Assembly (NCBI GenBank): GCA_000934665.2 | Contig: JYFJ02002512.1 | Coordinates: forward strand, 1-55,787 | Direction: 5' to 3' | Length of the DNA: 55,787 nucleotides | Source of the DNA: Catajapyx aquilonaris | Taxonomy: Eukaryota | In this document: positions 25,619-39,400 of the stretch, piece after piece | Numbering within the stretch: the stretch's first letter is position 1 | How the letters are laid out: each line of letters begins with the position of its first letter | Notes under the pieces: generated by a model | Told to the model about the DNA's origin: nothing | Database searches by the model: none | The model's input: the letters and a program-made list of their open reading frames with translations, nothing else | Translations under genes and position numbers: made by a program

Positions 25619-25685
25619 CAGTGGCGTAGCAGTGGGGGACGGGGACGCTCCGCCCCGGGTGCCGAATCCTCTTGCTACGCCACTG
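25619..25685. mobile_element. 67-bp MITE-like non-autonomous DNA transposon remnant, possibly hAT-like
   Basis: Perfect 13-bp terminal inverted repeats CAGTGGCGTAGCA (25619-25631) and TGCTACGCCACTG (25673-25685). The flanks GGGGCCAA and GGAGGCCA resemble a decayed target-site duplication. Confidence 0.7.
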
Positions 25686-28600
25686 GGAGGCCATATTGTA
25701 AAGTCGTCGACACACTCCCAAAAACCGCATTTTTCATGAAAACGGCCGCAGACAGACAGGTTCCAAAAATGGCCGCAGAACCGGTATGGTAAGTGGAAAC
25801 TCAAATTAGACGCGTCCCAAGTTTCCACCTGGAATAACACAAACACCCTCCCTCCATGTTTGAACAACCCCCTGCGTCTCTCACATTCATTTCAGCAACT
25901 TTTCCACACGAATGCTATATATCTCGCCCTTTCCAGGAACATCGGCACGTCCCTTAAAATACATATATTGCATATCACCGCCGCCATCTCTTCTCTCTCT
26001 CTACAGGCTGCTAACCCTAGTGACCTCGCTCCGAGGATGAGAGTGATTACCAATCCGTGCATCATCTGCAACCGAGTGGTTGGCTGGCCCCCTCGCATTC
26101 CTTCGGCCGTCAAAACTTCTTGTGGCCCTCACTTTCGGCCACACTTTAATGAGGCATAACTTGACTGGATCAGACATCTTAACTCAGCGCATCCGGTTTA
26201 ATCATCACCAAGACGTCACTGAACCTTGTCCTCAGCTTCAGACTCAAACGGACGACAAAATGTTCCCGAGGGGCGCGACACTATTTAATTCCTGGACTAA
26301 TTAATTGGCCGTGCTGAATCGTGTCATGCGACCCGCTGCATCTGTCACCACGGTGCGTGAAGGTGTGTGCCGAATTCACAGAATTAGCCACGGTGAAGTT
26401 ACCTTGGACCAACTGTCCTCCTCCGGGCCCCCGCAAAAAGAGCCATGACCGTGCACCAATGTGAAGAATCCCGATTTTATGCACTCCATGCCAACGCATC
26501 TCTTCCCCCCTCGAGGTCTGAGCACATGAGGTGAATGCATATACACCTACTCATTTACAAACCCACTCTAGCAGCCCTATGAATGTTATTGAGGCTTGTT
26601 GGAGGGCACCTCGTGACTCATCCTCCCAACACTTGCAAGCATGGGTGTGGCATTGCGAAATTCGCACCCATCTGCTGGCTACTACATGGTGTGGAAAGTG
26701 GCGGGGCAGGAATCAAAAAAATTCGCACAAGTTTTCGCATCCAACTGCTGCAGAGGATATTGAGCAGCTATCTAGTTTCCACCAGGAAAAGTCAACGATT
26801 TCCAATATGCTCTCCCCGGGTTTAAAAAAAAAAAAATGGAGCGTACCGCACGAATGCATGTGGCAGGAATTCAGTTTCCAAGTGGAGTGGACCTCCCTCC
26901 GAACTCTACCCACCCCTCCATACATATAAGTGGGGAGCCCTTCGTGCATTATGCAAATTCCAGCAAACAAGTGCTGAATTCGGTAGATATGATCCTCGAC
27001 TAGCTGACAGCATGATTACTCGATTAATTCAACTCGAGAATAGCGATGACTCACATTACTTTTTTTAACGCACATACATGCGTACACACACCTACACGTT
27101 TGTTAACAAACTGACTTTTTTTTAAATGGAGTAAATAAAGTGCACCCCTGCACCGCACTCTGGAGCTGTGAAAACGGGAAAAATATGCTTCTTTCCCTCG
27201 GTAGCAGCTGCAAAGCCCGCGATTACATCACCCTGATTATTCCAAGTCATAACTCAACGTCCTGAAACAACTTTGCACGGAGAGAGAAGAGGACAAGGGG
27301 AGGCAAAAATTACATTTGTGCTATCGCAGTTGTGCTACTCCCTTAGAAAAAAAAGAAGAAGAAAAAGTTCAAACCACTGCAAACTTGCAAAAGTTTATAG
27401 CTCTAAAAAAAGTAGCAGTGTACACTATAAAACTCTGCGGGTTTGTTCGACACCATTGACAATGAGTAGCACGAGCATTCTCATTTCCCTCCACGCCGTT
27501 GAAGCCTGTAGATTCAATCCTAGCCTATCTATACTCTACCCCCCTACCAAATGGGCCAATGCGAGAGAGGAGCTGATGGCGTCGGATTTGAGAAATGAGG
27601 CCGACGCAATGAATTCTACAAATCCCTCCTCGCAACCACCGAAAAAAAACGGACTGTAATGATGACAGTCCCTTTTTGCAAATCCCAGTCCGATCGTTCT
27701 TTCCTTTATAACCAATCGTCTATTTCTCAAAAGGACGCCATTAATCAAGAGGAAGGAGTATTCTCATCACCCAGCACTAGCTGTAAAGTTGGAGATTTCC
27801 TTTCCCTCCAACTTCTTTTCTCCTTTTCTCGACTACCCACACCCGTTGTCCCCCCCTCCTCCTTGAAAGCGTCCCTCTGATTGGGCCGCCTTCCCAATAA
27901 ATACACTGCGATTGCCGTTTCAAGTTTGCCGAAAGTCCGGGAGAGAGAGAAAAAAGTAATTCTACGGAGAGGCCACCCTAGGACGGAAGTCGCAACCTAC
28001 GACTCAATCATTCCCGAGGCAATTATAGTCCCCACTGGTTCCTTTTTCACTATTGGGCAATAGTTTTTCTAGCTTAAAAAATATATATAGAGTCTGGTCA
28101 GGGTCGGCCCAATAATCACAATGTGAAATAGGCTAAAATCCTATTGAGTGCATGGGATGGGTGCGCACGTGACACGGGTAGTTGAGCGGCAAGCACCAGT
28201 TGGCACATGTCCAAGAGCCAAGCAACAACTAACATGGACGCCCTTGCCAACTTTACAGGTCATCGAACGTCCCTCGCTCTGCTGCTGCAACTGCATTCCA
28301 CAATCCCCCAACCGGACCTCCTCCATACCTGACAATTACCTAGCCTCACGTGTATGTGTACGTCGGTCCTTTTCCACCGGCCTGATTGGCATTGTCCCTC
28401 TCACAATCCATCACATTATCGGCGCTCCTGCGGAACCCGCAAATTAATTGCGGCGCTGCTCCGCTCCGATGCAATTAGGGGGGAAACGCCGTTGCCATGT
28501 GACGGAATCTGACCGCTTTACAAGAAAATGCAACTAGGGGTACTTTGAACAGAATCTACCAAAAAATTTATGTACTCCCCGCCTACTCACAGACAGCTGG

Positions 28601-30150
28601 AATTCTCACTAATACATTGGATGGGTGGGGCTCCAAAGTGGACCAATGTTGTTCAAAAAAAAAATGACACTTCTTTTTTCAAGTCGAAATCCTCCTGCTA
28701 ATGACCAGATCATAAACCATCCCCTCCGCCAATCAGATACTAAGCAGGCCATCAACCTCCTCGAAGACGGGTGTTCGATCTCGAGGATTACCACCAACCC
28801 CTTTGGAGGAAAAGGGTCTAATCCCCCTTGAAAAGAGAGGACAGCTTCCATTTTGCACCCAAGAACTTCATTGGAGCCTACTATCTAGGAAGGCTTAGCC
28901 ACCTGGGTTTTTACACCAAAAAAATTTGGTCCAATTGCTCCTGGGGTTGTTTTTTTGTAGCATATTAGTGTTAAAACCCACACGCCCCATGGCAATGTTT
29001 GTTTTCGCTTCCAAACCAAGCTAGGCGTCAGATTCTTGTCTTGTTTCTCTAGGAATGCTCCACCTACATCCGGCGATCCCTGCTCGTTAGTCCTATTCTC
29101 TGTTTTCAAGGAGCCTGGGTTGGGTCCTACTCTTCTTCCAAAAAATATATTTGGGGCTGGAAAAGTGGGAGGACTGGTCTTTTCCACCCACACAACTTTT
29201 GGTTCCTGTCAAAAATGGCAGCTGCGGAGAGCCCTCCAAGCACCCCCTGAGTATCCAGACCAAGTGGGTTGAGAGGCTGGCAGCGGTAGCCTGCCTGGCA
29301 GCATCAAGAGGAACAGTGGTCCGGCCTGCGGTCCCCCCCTAACAGTGCGGTGGGTCCCCACGGTTCTGCCCAAACAACCGGGGAGGAAACAGCTTGCTTT
29401 TGTGCGCCAGAGGGATAGGGGAGAGAACCCCCAGAAGACGCGAATATCTCTGTTAATGAAGCCTCCACACACAAAAAATGGGTCTGACTTGAAACCGAGC
29501 CGGCAATGGGCGATGACATCTGCTACTTGCTGTGATATGCATATTTTGACAAGGTGGCAGAACCACTTGAAACGTTCAAGAAGCCATGAAATGACCACAT
29601 TTTGAACCAAGTGGTCAGTGTTCTTGTAGGCGGCTGACCCATGACTGTTGCTCAGGTGGTGGCGATCAACCTTAATGAAGATGGCCACAGGGGCTCCCTG
29701 GCGAGCACCCAACGTGACGTCATTAAACCCCCTCTCTCTTCCAAACCGCCTAAATTATCCGCCCACTGCCGGACATTGCCGCCTTTTTGGCCAGCCCCCA
29801 TGAATTATGCATTGCTCGACATCTCGCCCTTAACAATGTGCCCCTGCGAGTCTTGATCTATTATTTACCCTCCACGGTCCTTACTTGCCGGCCAAAGCCT
29901 TTTCCCTCCTGCTTGCTTGATTACCTTACAGCTCATTAGCCGGAGTAGACTTGCCAGGCTTCTAATGGCAGCCTGGCAACTATTGACTATCTCGCCCATG
30001 TTTCCCAGCTCCAGCCCTGCATGCAACTCCCCAGCACCAGACACAACTGCCACAGGCCTTGTTTTCGGCATTTTCGGGGGGCCAACCGTGGGAATCTGGC
30101 AAACCGGAGAAGGGCTCCTTAGGCTGAATGGCTCATATCGATTCGAGGGA

Positions 30151-30174
30151 CGGCGGCGGCGGCGGCAGCAGCAG
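30151..30174. repeat. Compound (CGG)n(CAG)n short tandem repeat
   Basis: CGGCGGCGGCGGCGGCAGCAGCAG. Confidence 0.8.
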
Positions 30175-33100
30175 CCCGACGCTGCAGATGCAGGGGGCCA
30201 GAAGGGCTCCAAATCTGTTGTTGTCAAAAAAGTAATATTCCGGTTCCCAACTCATCAAAACGTATCGCACGTGCTGATCAATTAACCCGACTGACGTACC
30301 GTGACGTCTCTCTATCGTAAGTGAAAACAGCACGCACTATCTACCACGCCATACCAGTACACGACAAAAAAAACTGTCGGATTTCATCTACATATTCCGA
30401 GGAAGGGGGGGAGAAAAGCCGCAAAATATCATCAGCGTCGTCCGGGGCGGAAATTAAATTTTAACTGATGACGCCGGTGAAAATTGTTGACAACGCAAAT
30501 TAACGGATCAGTGCAAAATATCAATTAAATCCTTTCCACGGTGCGCGTAATGTAGGTTGATTAGATTTATTGCCCACCCACTCTTAAATAACACAGCGCG
30601 CCGGTACATCACGATAAGAACTCTCCCCACACACACACGTCCAATTTATACGTCTGACCGTGTTTCGGCACCATCGCCATTGCACAATCCCTGGTTGAAT
30701 CCAACACGTACTACCATAATTATTCTAATATTTCGGTGAAAGCAGACAGGTCGAACCATGCAAAATTTTAATACAATTGTTGCGCCAACAGTGCGCCATG
30801 TTTATTGTTTTTATTCCTAATTGCGTGTCTGCCCTCATATCTCTATCTGCTACCTGGCATTTCTATGTGTTAAAAAAGAGAGTTGGGGTGGGGGCATCGC
30901 CTGATGGCACGAACAGGCCGCCCACGCAACACGTCCTTCCCAAAATTTCGCGTAAGAAAGACCATGAATCCTCAAGGACGGTGTGCCCAAGAAATAAAAA
31001 CCAATCGATCTAACCTGCATGTCACCTGCAAAAATTTAAACAAAAAAAATAAAAACACCGTGACATCACAAGTTGCTTACATCACAGGTGTGACCCCCAG
31101 GCTGTTCAGGTTTCTGTGGATGCAACGTTGCCAAATTCACTTCCGGCCCATTGTTTACGGGGGCAACCCCGAGGGGTGATAATACTCTGGAATCTACACC
31201 TTATAGCTATAACATAAAGTGTTGGAAAAAGAAAAAGGTGCGGTTCGTGGCTCATGAACGAGGCTTTCACTTTTGCTCCCTGTCATTGGGAGGCGGCCAT
31301 TTGCACAACACGGGTGATACCGGGACAGATAAGTTCTCAAATAACTGCTAGGAATTATTTTAATTCGATGGACATGACCAGCAGGAAACAGGGTGCGGAA
31401 TTTATCGCTCACTTTAGCACGTTCTGGCAATGCCTTTTTTTTCTAAACAAGTGGAAATTACGGGGTTTGCCAAAGTTACGGTCAGATTTTTCCCCCATTA
31501 CTGTAGCGGGTTGCGGCAGAAATATGATCTATTGCGACCTATGACTCACTAGTAGATCCACGGTCTGGGCTAGTACAAGCCGCCAGCTTAATTTTCTTGG
31601 AAAATACTTTGCCCGTGACGACTAACCTCTCCGGATGCCATAAACACGCCAACAGCTGGCCTTTCGATACCAATCAAGAATATTCAGGCCTTTCCCAACA
31701 CACCAAACGGCCGGAATGCACGTACAGCTTTCACAATTTCAAAAAATTCGGCCCCTAAAAAAATCTGGATCATCCCTAGAAATTTACAGTGTTGCCAAAT
31801 CGCATTTCCAGAAAACCCGTTTTTCCTTTGGCTGCTATGGTCCCTCCCCCAGTTTCCTAATTGAAACGTTAGTGCGATGGAATCCATCTCGTGTCCGGAA
31901 CGACGCCCTCGTCCTACCCCCCCCCCCCCCCCACCCTATCCCCCAACTCTAATTGCAAGCATCAAAGTGACCAAATCGATACTAGGGGGCCGGCAGTGCC
32001 GGGGAGAATGAATAAATCAAGCGAGACATCCATCCCGGGGTTTTTGGCTGCTATTGGCAACCCTGGAAGATGCGTGCGCAGGGTCACAAAATCGGCCAAA
32101 GAAAAACTCGGGGTGGGAGGGGGAAAACCCAAAAAAAGTTGGGGTTCACAATGTAACAGATCGCGTGACTATATAAAAAAAAGGAACCCCCCTCCCCACT
32201 GCTGCCGTACCAAAAAAAACGAAGTGACAATTGCAGCTTCACCGATCAATGTCAATTGTCGCGCGCTGTTGCCAGTGTATTTGCAATAAATTATCACGCA
32301 CCGGGGTAAAGGTAATGAAAATACATCGCATGCCTCGATGGTATTGCGGTTCTCCGGACACAAAACTGACTCCTTTCATACACCCCTCCGGTCCTCGTTA
32401 TCAATGTTCCACGAAGGGTTAATAATGTACAATTAATGTGAAAAATTCATGTTGCGTGCCTCTGTAGCTTTTTTGGATTGATTGCAACCTTTCGAATCAC
32501 CACATTCGGAAAAAAGCGGAGGAAGTAATAAATTTATTCAAAAAAAAAAGGCCGGGTCGGCCGTTATAATAACAAAGTAATTAATTCGGGGGGTCCAACA
32601 ACTGGTTCGACCGGGTTCGACCTAACCCGATGTTTCAGCCCTATTTCCAATCTCCCAACACTGCCCGATCAATCCGGCCAACCCCTGGATGCAACAGTTG
32701 GCGCACATTTTTATTCCCCTTATAAAATCGCGAACATGAATAAGGTAAAAAAAAAACACACCCCAAGTATTCCCTACTAGGAACTGCAAAAAAACCACAC
32801 TCAAAAGTCATCCACCTTATCACAATCCGCCGCAAAACTATTCCTGGTCTGATTGCATATCTGCCCAACTGTCGCGACTACAAGTCGATAACGTCACCCA
32901 GTGTCAATACCGGTGACTCTGACATCATCTTGGGGGTGGGGCAAGTCCGGGCAAGTTTAAGCATGACCGGACTTGCAAATATTTTTATGGGTTTACAATG
33001 ACCGTACCCCGGGATAACTATCAGCCTGACAGCAGATAGTTATACCCGGGGTGTAAGCAAAAACATCTGTCGCGTTCAACTCCCCCTTTGTGCTTAACCC

Positions 33101-33236
33101 ACCTGGAAAACTATTGCAAACACCGCCGCTATATCTGAGAAACCGGTTGGTCGCTTGATTTCTGTTTCCCAGCCTGGGTGTTGCCTTTAAATCGGCGGCC
33201 TACAGGCCTACGCACAAAACCGGCTGCGTGGCTTAC

Positions 33237-33449
33237 CTTTTTCACAAGAGTTCAGAGATCCCGCGAGACACAAACACACACTGTTACTATATAACACTGG
33301 GGGTTCAAACACCCCCTGCACAAAACACACGCACTAAAATCCGCGCACTATTCACACTGTTGCTTTTGTTTTGTAGTATAGGGGAGGGGGAGATGTGTGT
33401 TGCAAAAATGGGGGCGATTCGCAGAAGAGCAAGCAACAGCACAGACTGA
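33237..33449 (-). promoter_or_regulatory. Candidate transcription start (Inr) and non-coding first exon of Plexin A
   Basis: Arthropod initiator match TCAGTC at 33449-33444, a GT-rich UTR-like tract, and a strong donor AAG|GTAAGC at 33237/33236. AT-rich DNA lies upstream at about 33740-34860. There is no exact DPE, so this is inference only. Confidence 0.4.
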
Positions 33450-36400
33450 CACAAGGCTAGTCCCCGCAGCGGAATGGGAGAGACGACCTCCCCGTCTGGC
33501 AGCCACCCTGCACTCTGCGATCTGAGAGACGCCTGGCAGGGAACGCGCCAACTAGTCGGAGGAGGGGGAGTATAGGGACAGGGTTGGAAACATGACTAGT
33601 TGGAAAGTTGCAGTGTGTGTGTGTCAACAACAAAGATTTTTCAGACTCGATGCAATGACGCGGGTAGGGTGACTAAGGAATGCAGCGACGGTGAAGGTCA
33701 TGGAGAGTTATGCAAAAATTGTGTGAATCAGCACATGACGCCCGCGAAATAATAATAAATAAATAAACAATAAATGAATGAAATATATGGTTAAATACTT
33801 CAGTCATTCATGTTCGGTACAGTGTGACCAACAATACTGTCGTTGTTGGCCATACCGGTACCTTAACTAAATGTGTTTCGGGCAAAGTGGTCGTTTAATT
33901 TTAAAGAAGACTAGTGGTTCACAATTTTAAAGAAGACTATCACGGATTCAGGCTGGTTACAGAGACGGGTCCGGTTGAGGGTCGTGAGAAAGGTCAAAGC
34001 CATGCATGTCAATTGAGACAATGCTTTCAGTATGATGTATGCCAACTGCATGAGGTGCAACCAGGGACACGGAAATGGGCCATCCTTATGTATACTTTAA
34101 GCACAAACGAGTGTAAAATTAGCGATTCACTAAAAAAGGGTCAATGCTGTTGCGCCTACTTGTAATTTCTAAAATGAAAGAGCAAGTGCGTAAAAATATA
34201 TTCATAAGCATGAAAGGTGTTCTAAGTATATGTAAAAATACGCTCCATGACTCATGTTCCAAGCCTAGTACAGTACTTCAAGCTAGACAGCCAGAGTGGT
34301 AAGCAAAGTTCGTGTGATGTAAACCACGGCGGATCACAGGTTGAGAAATTCTACTTCATAGTATTTAAGCCTATAGATTATTATTGGCCATGTAAAGCGT
34401 ACAGGATATGGCTGGGGTGCTCTGACGCTTATACTGTACACATGTAACAAGCTCTGAATACTAATCCTGGCGTGCAATTAAGTAATACTGTACTTGCCAT
34501 GTAGCCTGTAACTTCCTGCAGTGTCTGTCAAAGCCAGAAAAAGCTCAATATTTATGCTTCTACATCGTTTAAAATTTAAAACACTCAACCGTTTTCCGGC
34601 TGCTTTTCCCAGACAGGTATAGTAGTTACGAACATCCGACCATTGCTACATATCCTATTAATTTTAATACAAATAATTCAGAGGCTTACATAAAGCTTAA
34701 ATATAATGTATTCTACCTTAGAACATACCACTGAAGCTACATTTTTTTGTTGTTGAGGCAGACATTGTTGCTTATGGTAAATCAGTGGGTTACACTGTTG
34801 TAAGGCTAAGATACCATATTGCACACTGGCATGCTTTCTCCCCCCATATTGAAAAATAGAAAAAACAAAAAAACAAAATTACAGCCGGAATATTATTGTT
34901 TTAGAGAAGGGCCGGCCGGGCCCCTTTCCTTTTTGGCGAAAGTGGGTCCTGATTCGCAGGCAATTCTACCTCCCGATTCGAATCTCACATGACGGGTTTA
35001 TAGGCGTGGCTGACGTCTTCCTAGCTATGAATCGCCCGGAGGATCCCAAATGGGCCTTGGCACCGGCACCAAGCACCACTACCACCGAAGAGGAGAAGAA
35101 GAAAGTGGAACCTGGCCGAAATGACCAGGACGTTAAACCCACCCCTTCACTGTTATGTTTTTCTCATCTCCAACCATGGCCATCCTCTCATTTTCGCATT
35201 ATAAAAGTCCCATTGCAATCATACAGCTAAAAGCGCAAGGTCGCCAAGTGCACCTATACATGTCCTTTGGTGAAGCCCAACGGTGCAGAACCGTACATGT
35301 CCTTGCATGGTCCCCCAATCGACCTTGCAGGACCTCTATGTACATGCCTGCCTCACAACGAATCGCCAACGTTTTTCAACAAGCTGGAATCCACACATGA
35401 ATTTGTAAACGTCCTGTTAGTTTTTTTTCTTCGTGACATGGCCGAAATTGCGCCCGAGCAACGGGTCATTTTTCAACCTTGCAAAACACTCCCCCCGGAA
35501 AGAATTGGCCGGACATGCAAATAAAAATTGCACGACTGATTCGTTCTATATTCTATAAGTCACAGAGGGTCATCAGACACACTGCGGTTATACCCAACAT
35601 TGTTGCCATGTGCCAACCAATAGTGCAGGTTCGGAAGTGGAAGGCCAAAAATGGAAGGTAACCTTAGGGGCCAACAAGTCCCACACATAACACTGTTTGA
35701 AAATCCCGTCACGTCTGCGCAGGAATGAGAAAAGGGGGGGATGGGTGCTAGGGAGGGGAGGTTGCGTCCTTCATTTGCATCTGGAGAGCTTCTGCCCCTT
35801 CTTCTTCTTCTTCTTCCAAGGGAAAGAAGGAGAGGAATTCCGGGCGGAAACTGTTGCCATGCTAGGACACCACAACGCCCTAACTGCGCACAAAAAACTG
35901 GCAGGAAAAAATATGCTCCAATTATCTCTCGGATGTGCCGCTTATCTCCACTTCTCCTTCAAGACAAGAACGAGGATATTAAAAATTACGAGCAAAAAAA
36001 TTAACCTTCGGGGAAGCAAATATGTTTGCATTTCTGCCCACATCAGGTATTAATTATCGGGGATTAGCGGTTCAAAATAAATATCAAAGGGCACAAAAAA
36101 GTGGGGCAGTGACAAATGACATTCCCTCCCCGACAACCCCCAAAGATTATAAGAGTTGGGGGGGTGACACAATTTCCTTAGCTGACTGATAATCCCCCGA
36201 ACATGACCACAAGGAGGGCCGATTCACACGCATAACCAAGCCAATGTTTACCAATGAGGGCGATTCATTTGGCTGAATGTCAGGAACGGTGCGATTAGCG
36301 AACAATTCCAAGTAGACAATTTAATCGTGGGAACAATAGTGTTTCAAAGTGAAGCCCAGATAAGATTCCGTGGTTGGCTTTTGAAGGAGGTGGAGGTGTG

Positions 36401-39400
36401 ACGTCACATATTTCACGCTCCATTACTCTTCATATCTGAGACACGAGGCCTGGGCTTCCAAGAGTCGGCGCCCGTAAAGCTGCTCTACCTTATCAAAATC
36501 ATAAACGCAGGTGCCGGTTTATCGCTTCCGATTTTATACCTTGCTTTTTTATAGTCCCCCCGCTGAATCTATGTTTGGAAGGCTCTATTTTTTTAAAAGA
36601 AAAAAAAAGGAACGGCCGTCGTCCAGAGGAAATCCATGAATTGGGCTCTTACACCGCAGGAGGCCACAGAAAACGCCCGTAATTCTTCTCCGAGCATTAT
36701 TATCTTCGCCTCTTCACTTCCTCTCCAAGTGCAGACAAGTTGGCAACCACGTTGGAACTTCCGTCGTCCCCGTAAAGATTATGGCCAGTTTAAAGAGAGA
36801 AAAAACTGGGGTAGGACCTTACTTCTTGGCAGCATCTTAAATATTTGAACCTGGTAAAGGTGGGCTTGAATACACGTCGGCACTTCTTTTGTACACAAAG
36901 TCCCGCACTATTACAGTGGCTATCAACCAGACTTGATTACAATTCCCAGCAGCAATTAGCACCATTGTGCGAATGCGTGCCTGGCCTCCCTGAAGAAAAT
37001 AAATCACGATGGGCGTTCGGGTGTGGAGGGGGAGAGAAGAAAACGACGCTCAATACATGGAGCCTGTACCCGATTACTTCCCCTTAACAAATCCTCCTTT
37101 GCGATGACCCTAATTTGGCTTCACCCTTGCCTCTCCCCGCCCTCCCAGAGCAAAAGCAGCGCATGTTTTCGGATGAACAATGGCAATTTGGTGTTTTCCT
37201 CGTCAGTTTTCCGTCCCCGTAGGTTTGCAGAGCATGCAGTTTCACCACTGTCACATACCGGTCCGGATTTGCAGATGTACTGCATGCAGGTTGGTTGACC
37301 TGGCACAAAAGGTGTGCGGTTTTTTTCTTCCCTCTAGACAATTTGCGTCAAAGTGATGCCCATAGGACCCTAATTACTCTGCGAAAGAAAAATGATCTTG
37401 TAGTTGCTCTACTCTGTCTTTGATTTAGTAGTGCTACTGTAATCAACCGTAGGTGTAGGGGGCGGCGCACACAAAAAAATAGTCGGACCAGAAATCCCGT
37501 TGGTTCACTACCAGAGTAAAAGAGGAGGGTCAACTTCGTGTCTCTCCGAGGGAAGGCCTCATCATGCAAATGCCATTAATAGCAGAGGGGAAGCACAGGA
37601 GGGGAAAAGAAAAAGAAGAAAAAAAAGTATCTTCATAAGGAGTGCCTTTCCCCTCTAAGCAAATACCATTTAGAATTTTTTTCTCTTCAAAATTTTCCGA
37701 TAGACTGCTCAGCGAAGAAGAACTCGTGATTAAAAAGGCTGCAGTTGACCGAGTTCCTTATGTGCGATTAAACAAGCATGGCCATTTCCCATTAAGAAAT
37801 GAGGAATCTAACTGTAGAAACAGCGTAATGAACCGTGCGCTTGAAAAATTAGTCGGATATTATTTAATCACCCGGTAACGATAAGCTGCAAGCATTCACG
37901 ACTGAACGCACCAGCCAAATGGATAATTACATTCTGTAATATTCTTTTGCGCCTCCTCCCAGCACGATTCTTTTTGAATGCATCCCCATCATACCTTTCA
38001 GCTCGAATCTTTTTGCCTGGGAAATGACACCAGAGACGTGACTAATCCGGTCAAATAACAAATGCAAACAAGGTCGTATCTCCGTGTGCAGATTCCAAGG
38101 AGAGAAAGGAGGCATGGACCGGTGTAGAGGTGCAATCAAGCAGTTTCATCCTCTCAATACCCACCGGAGCCACAAGGTAGAGGAAACAGTGCATAAATCA
38201 GTGGAGAGAAACAAGGCGCGGGAGTAAATGCAGGCAAATTCGGCCAAAGACGTTTTGCACACCATATTTCTAGGCTGTTCCAACACCTTTGTTGCAGTTC
38301 GCGGAAAGGTCGACAACCTTTGCCCGTCGAGCTCACGAGACCTTTGCTTCTGACAAAACAAGAAGGGATGAAGAGGACGGAAGGAAGCGAGCACATTTTT
38401 TTCTCTCTTCTTCCTCTTTTTCCACGGAAAAGGAAAAGCCCTGCGAAGGGGGGATTGGAAAACTCTCTGAATGGAGATGAAAGGACCGAGTTTCAAAACC
38501 ACTGCGGATCCTCAAGTCAAAGACTTTTAGCACAGGTTGGGGTTTTGGGAACATCCAGAAACTCGCAGAGTGCGCCGACGGCCCCGGAGCAAAACGGTAC
38601 AAGAATAGAATATGACTCCAAAGTCATGTTCTAGCCCCCCATGAATAGTATGTGCTCACTCTATCGCCACAAAGTTTCGCAAAACTGGACGCTGGAGCCA
38701 ACATTTCGCCACAGGCCATTCAAAAAAAAATGCATAACTCGTGAGTTCCTCTCTCCAAAATTCCATTTTCAACTTTACGTCCTGAACTTAGAAATTGATG
38801 GAAAAATTGCTCCTAAGAATACCTAATTTATAGCTCCATTAGGTAGAAATTTTTCACTCACCAGGAGTGGGCGCTATTTCAGGTGTAGAAGGAGCCAAGA
38901 CCTCTCAAAGCGAACGTAAAATCACTCAAAATAATTTATAGAGTTGTACAACCCCCAGCCTCTACTACAACAGCCGCTACATAAAGATACATTGGTGCAC
39001 CCTTTGTAATTCCGTGTAAGATGAGAAAGCTGGGCTTGGGTGGGTGGGTGGGTTGGATGAGTGACTGGCCTAGGCAGTTGGGCAGCTTCTTTTATGGGCC
39101 CTGGAGAACTCCCTTGGAATTTAGTGGCCTCCGGTCCCGAGTCCCCCCGCTCCGTCTGGGGGCCATCTTGGCCCAGCATAAAACTCTGCGAAAAAGCCCA
39201 CTAAACGTGCCTTTCCGAAGCCCTCGTCTAGATTGGCAAACGATAAGGAGCTGAAACGGTGTCGTCCCGGCCCCTTCACGACCAACAGTCATGCACCTTA
39301 CATCACTCCTCCGAATCTTGGTCTGCGCCTCTATACATGACGTGAAACATAATTATGTGTCTGTGTATGTGTGGTGTGCGCATGTGTGTGTGTGTGTTGC

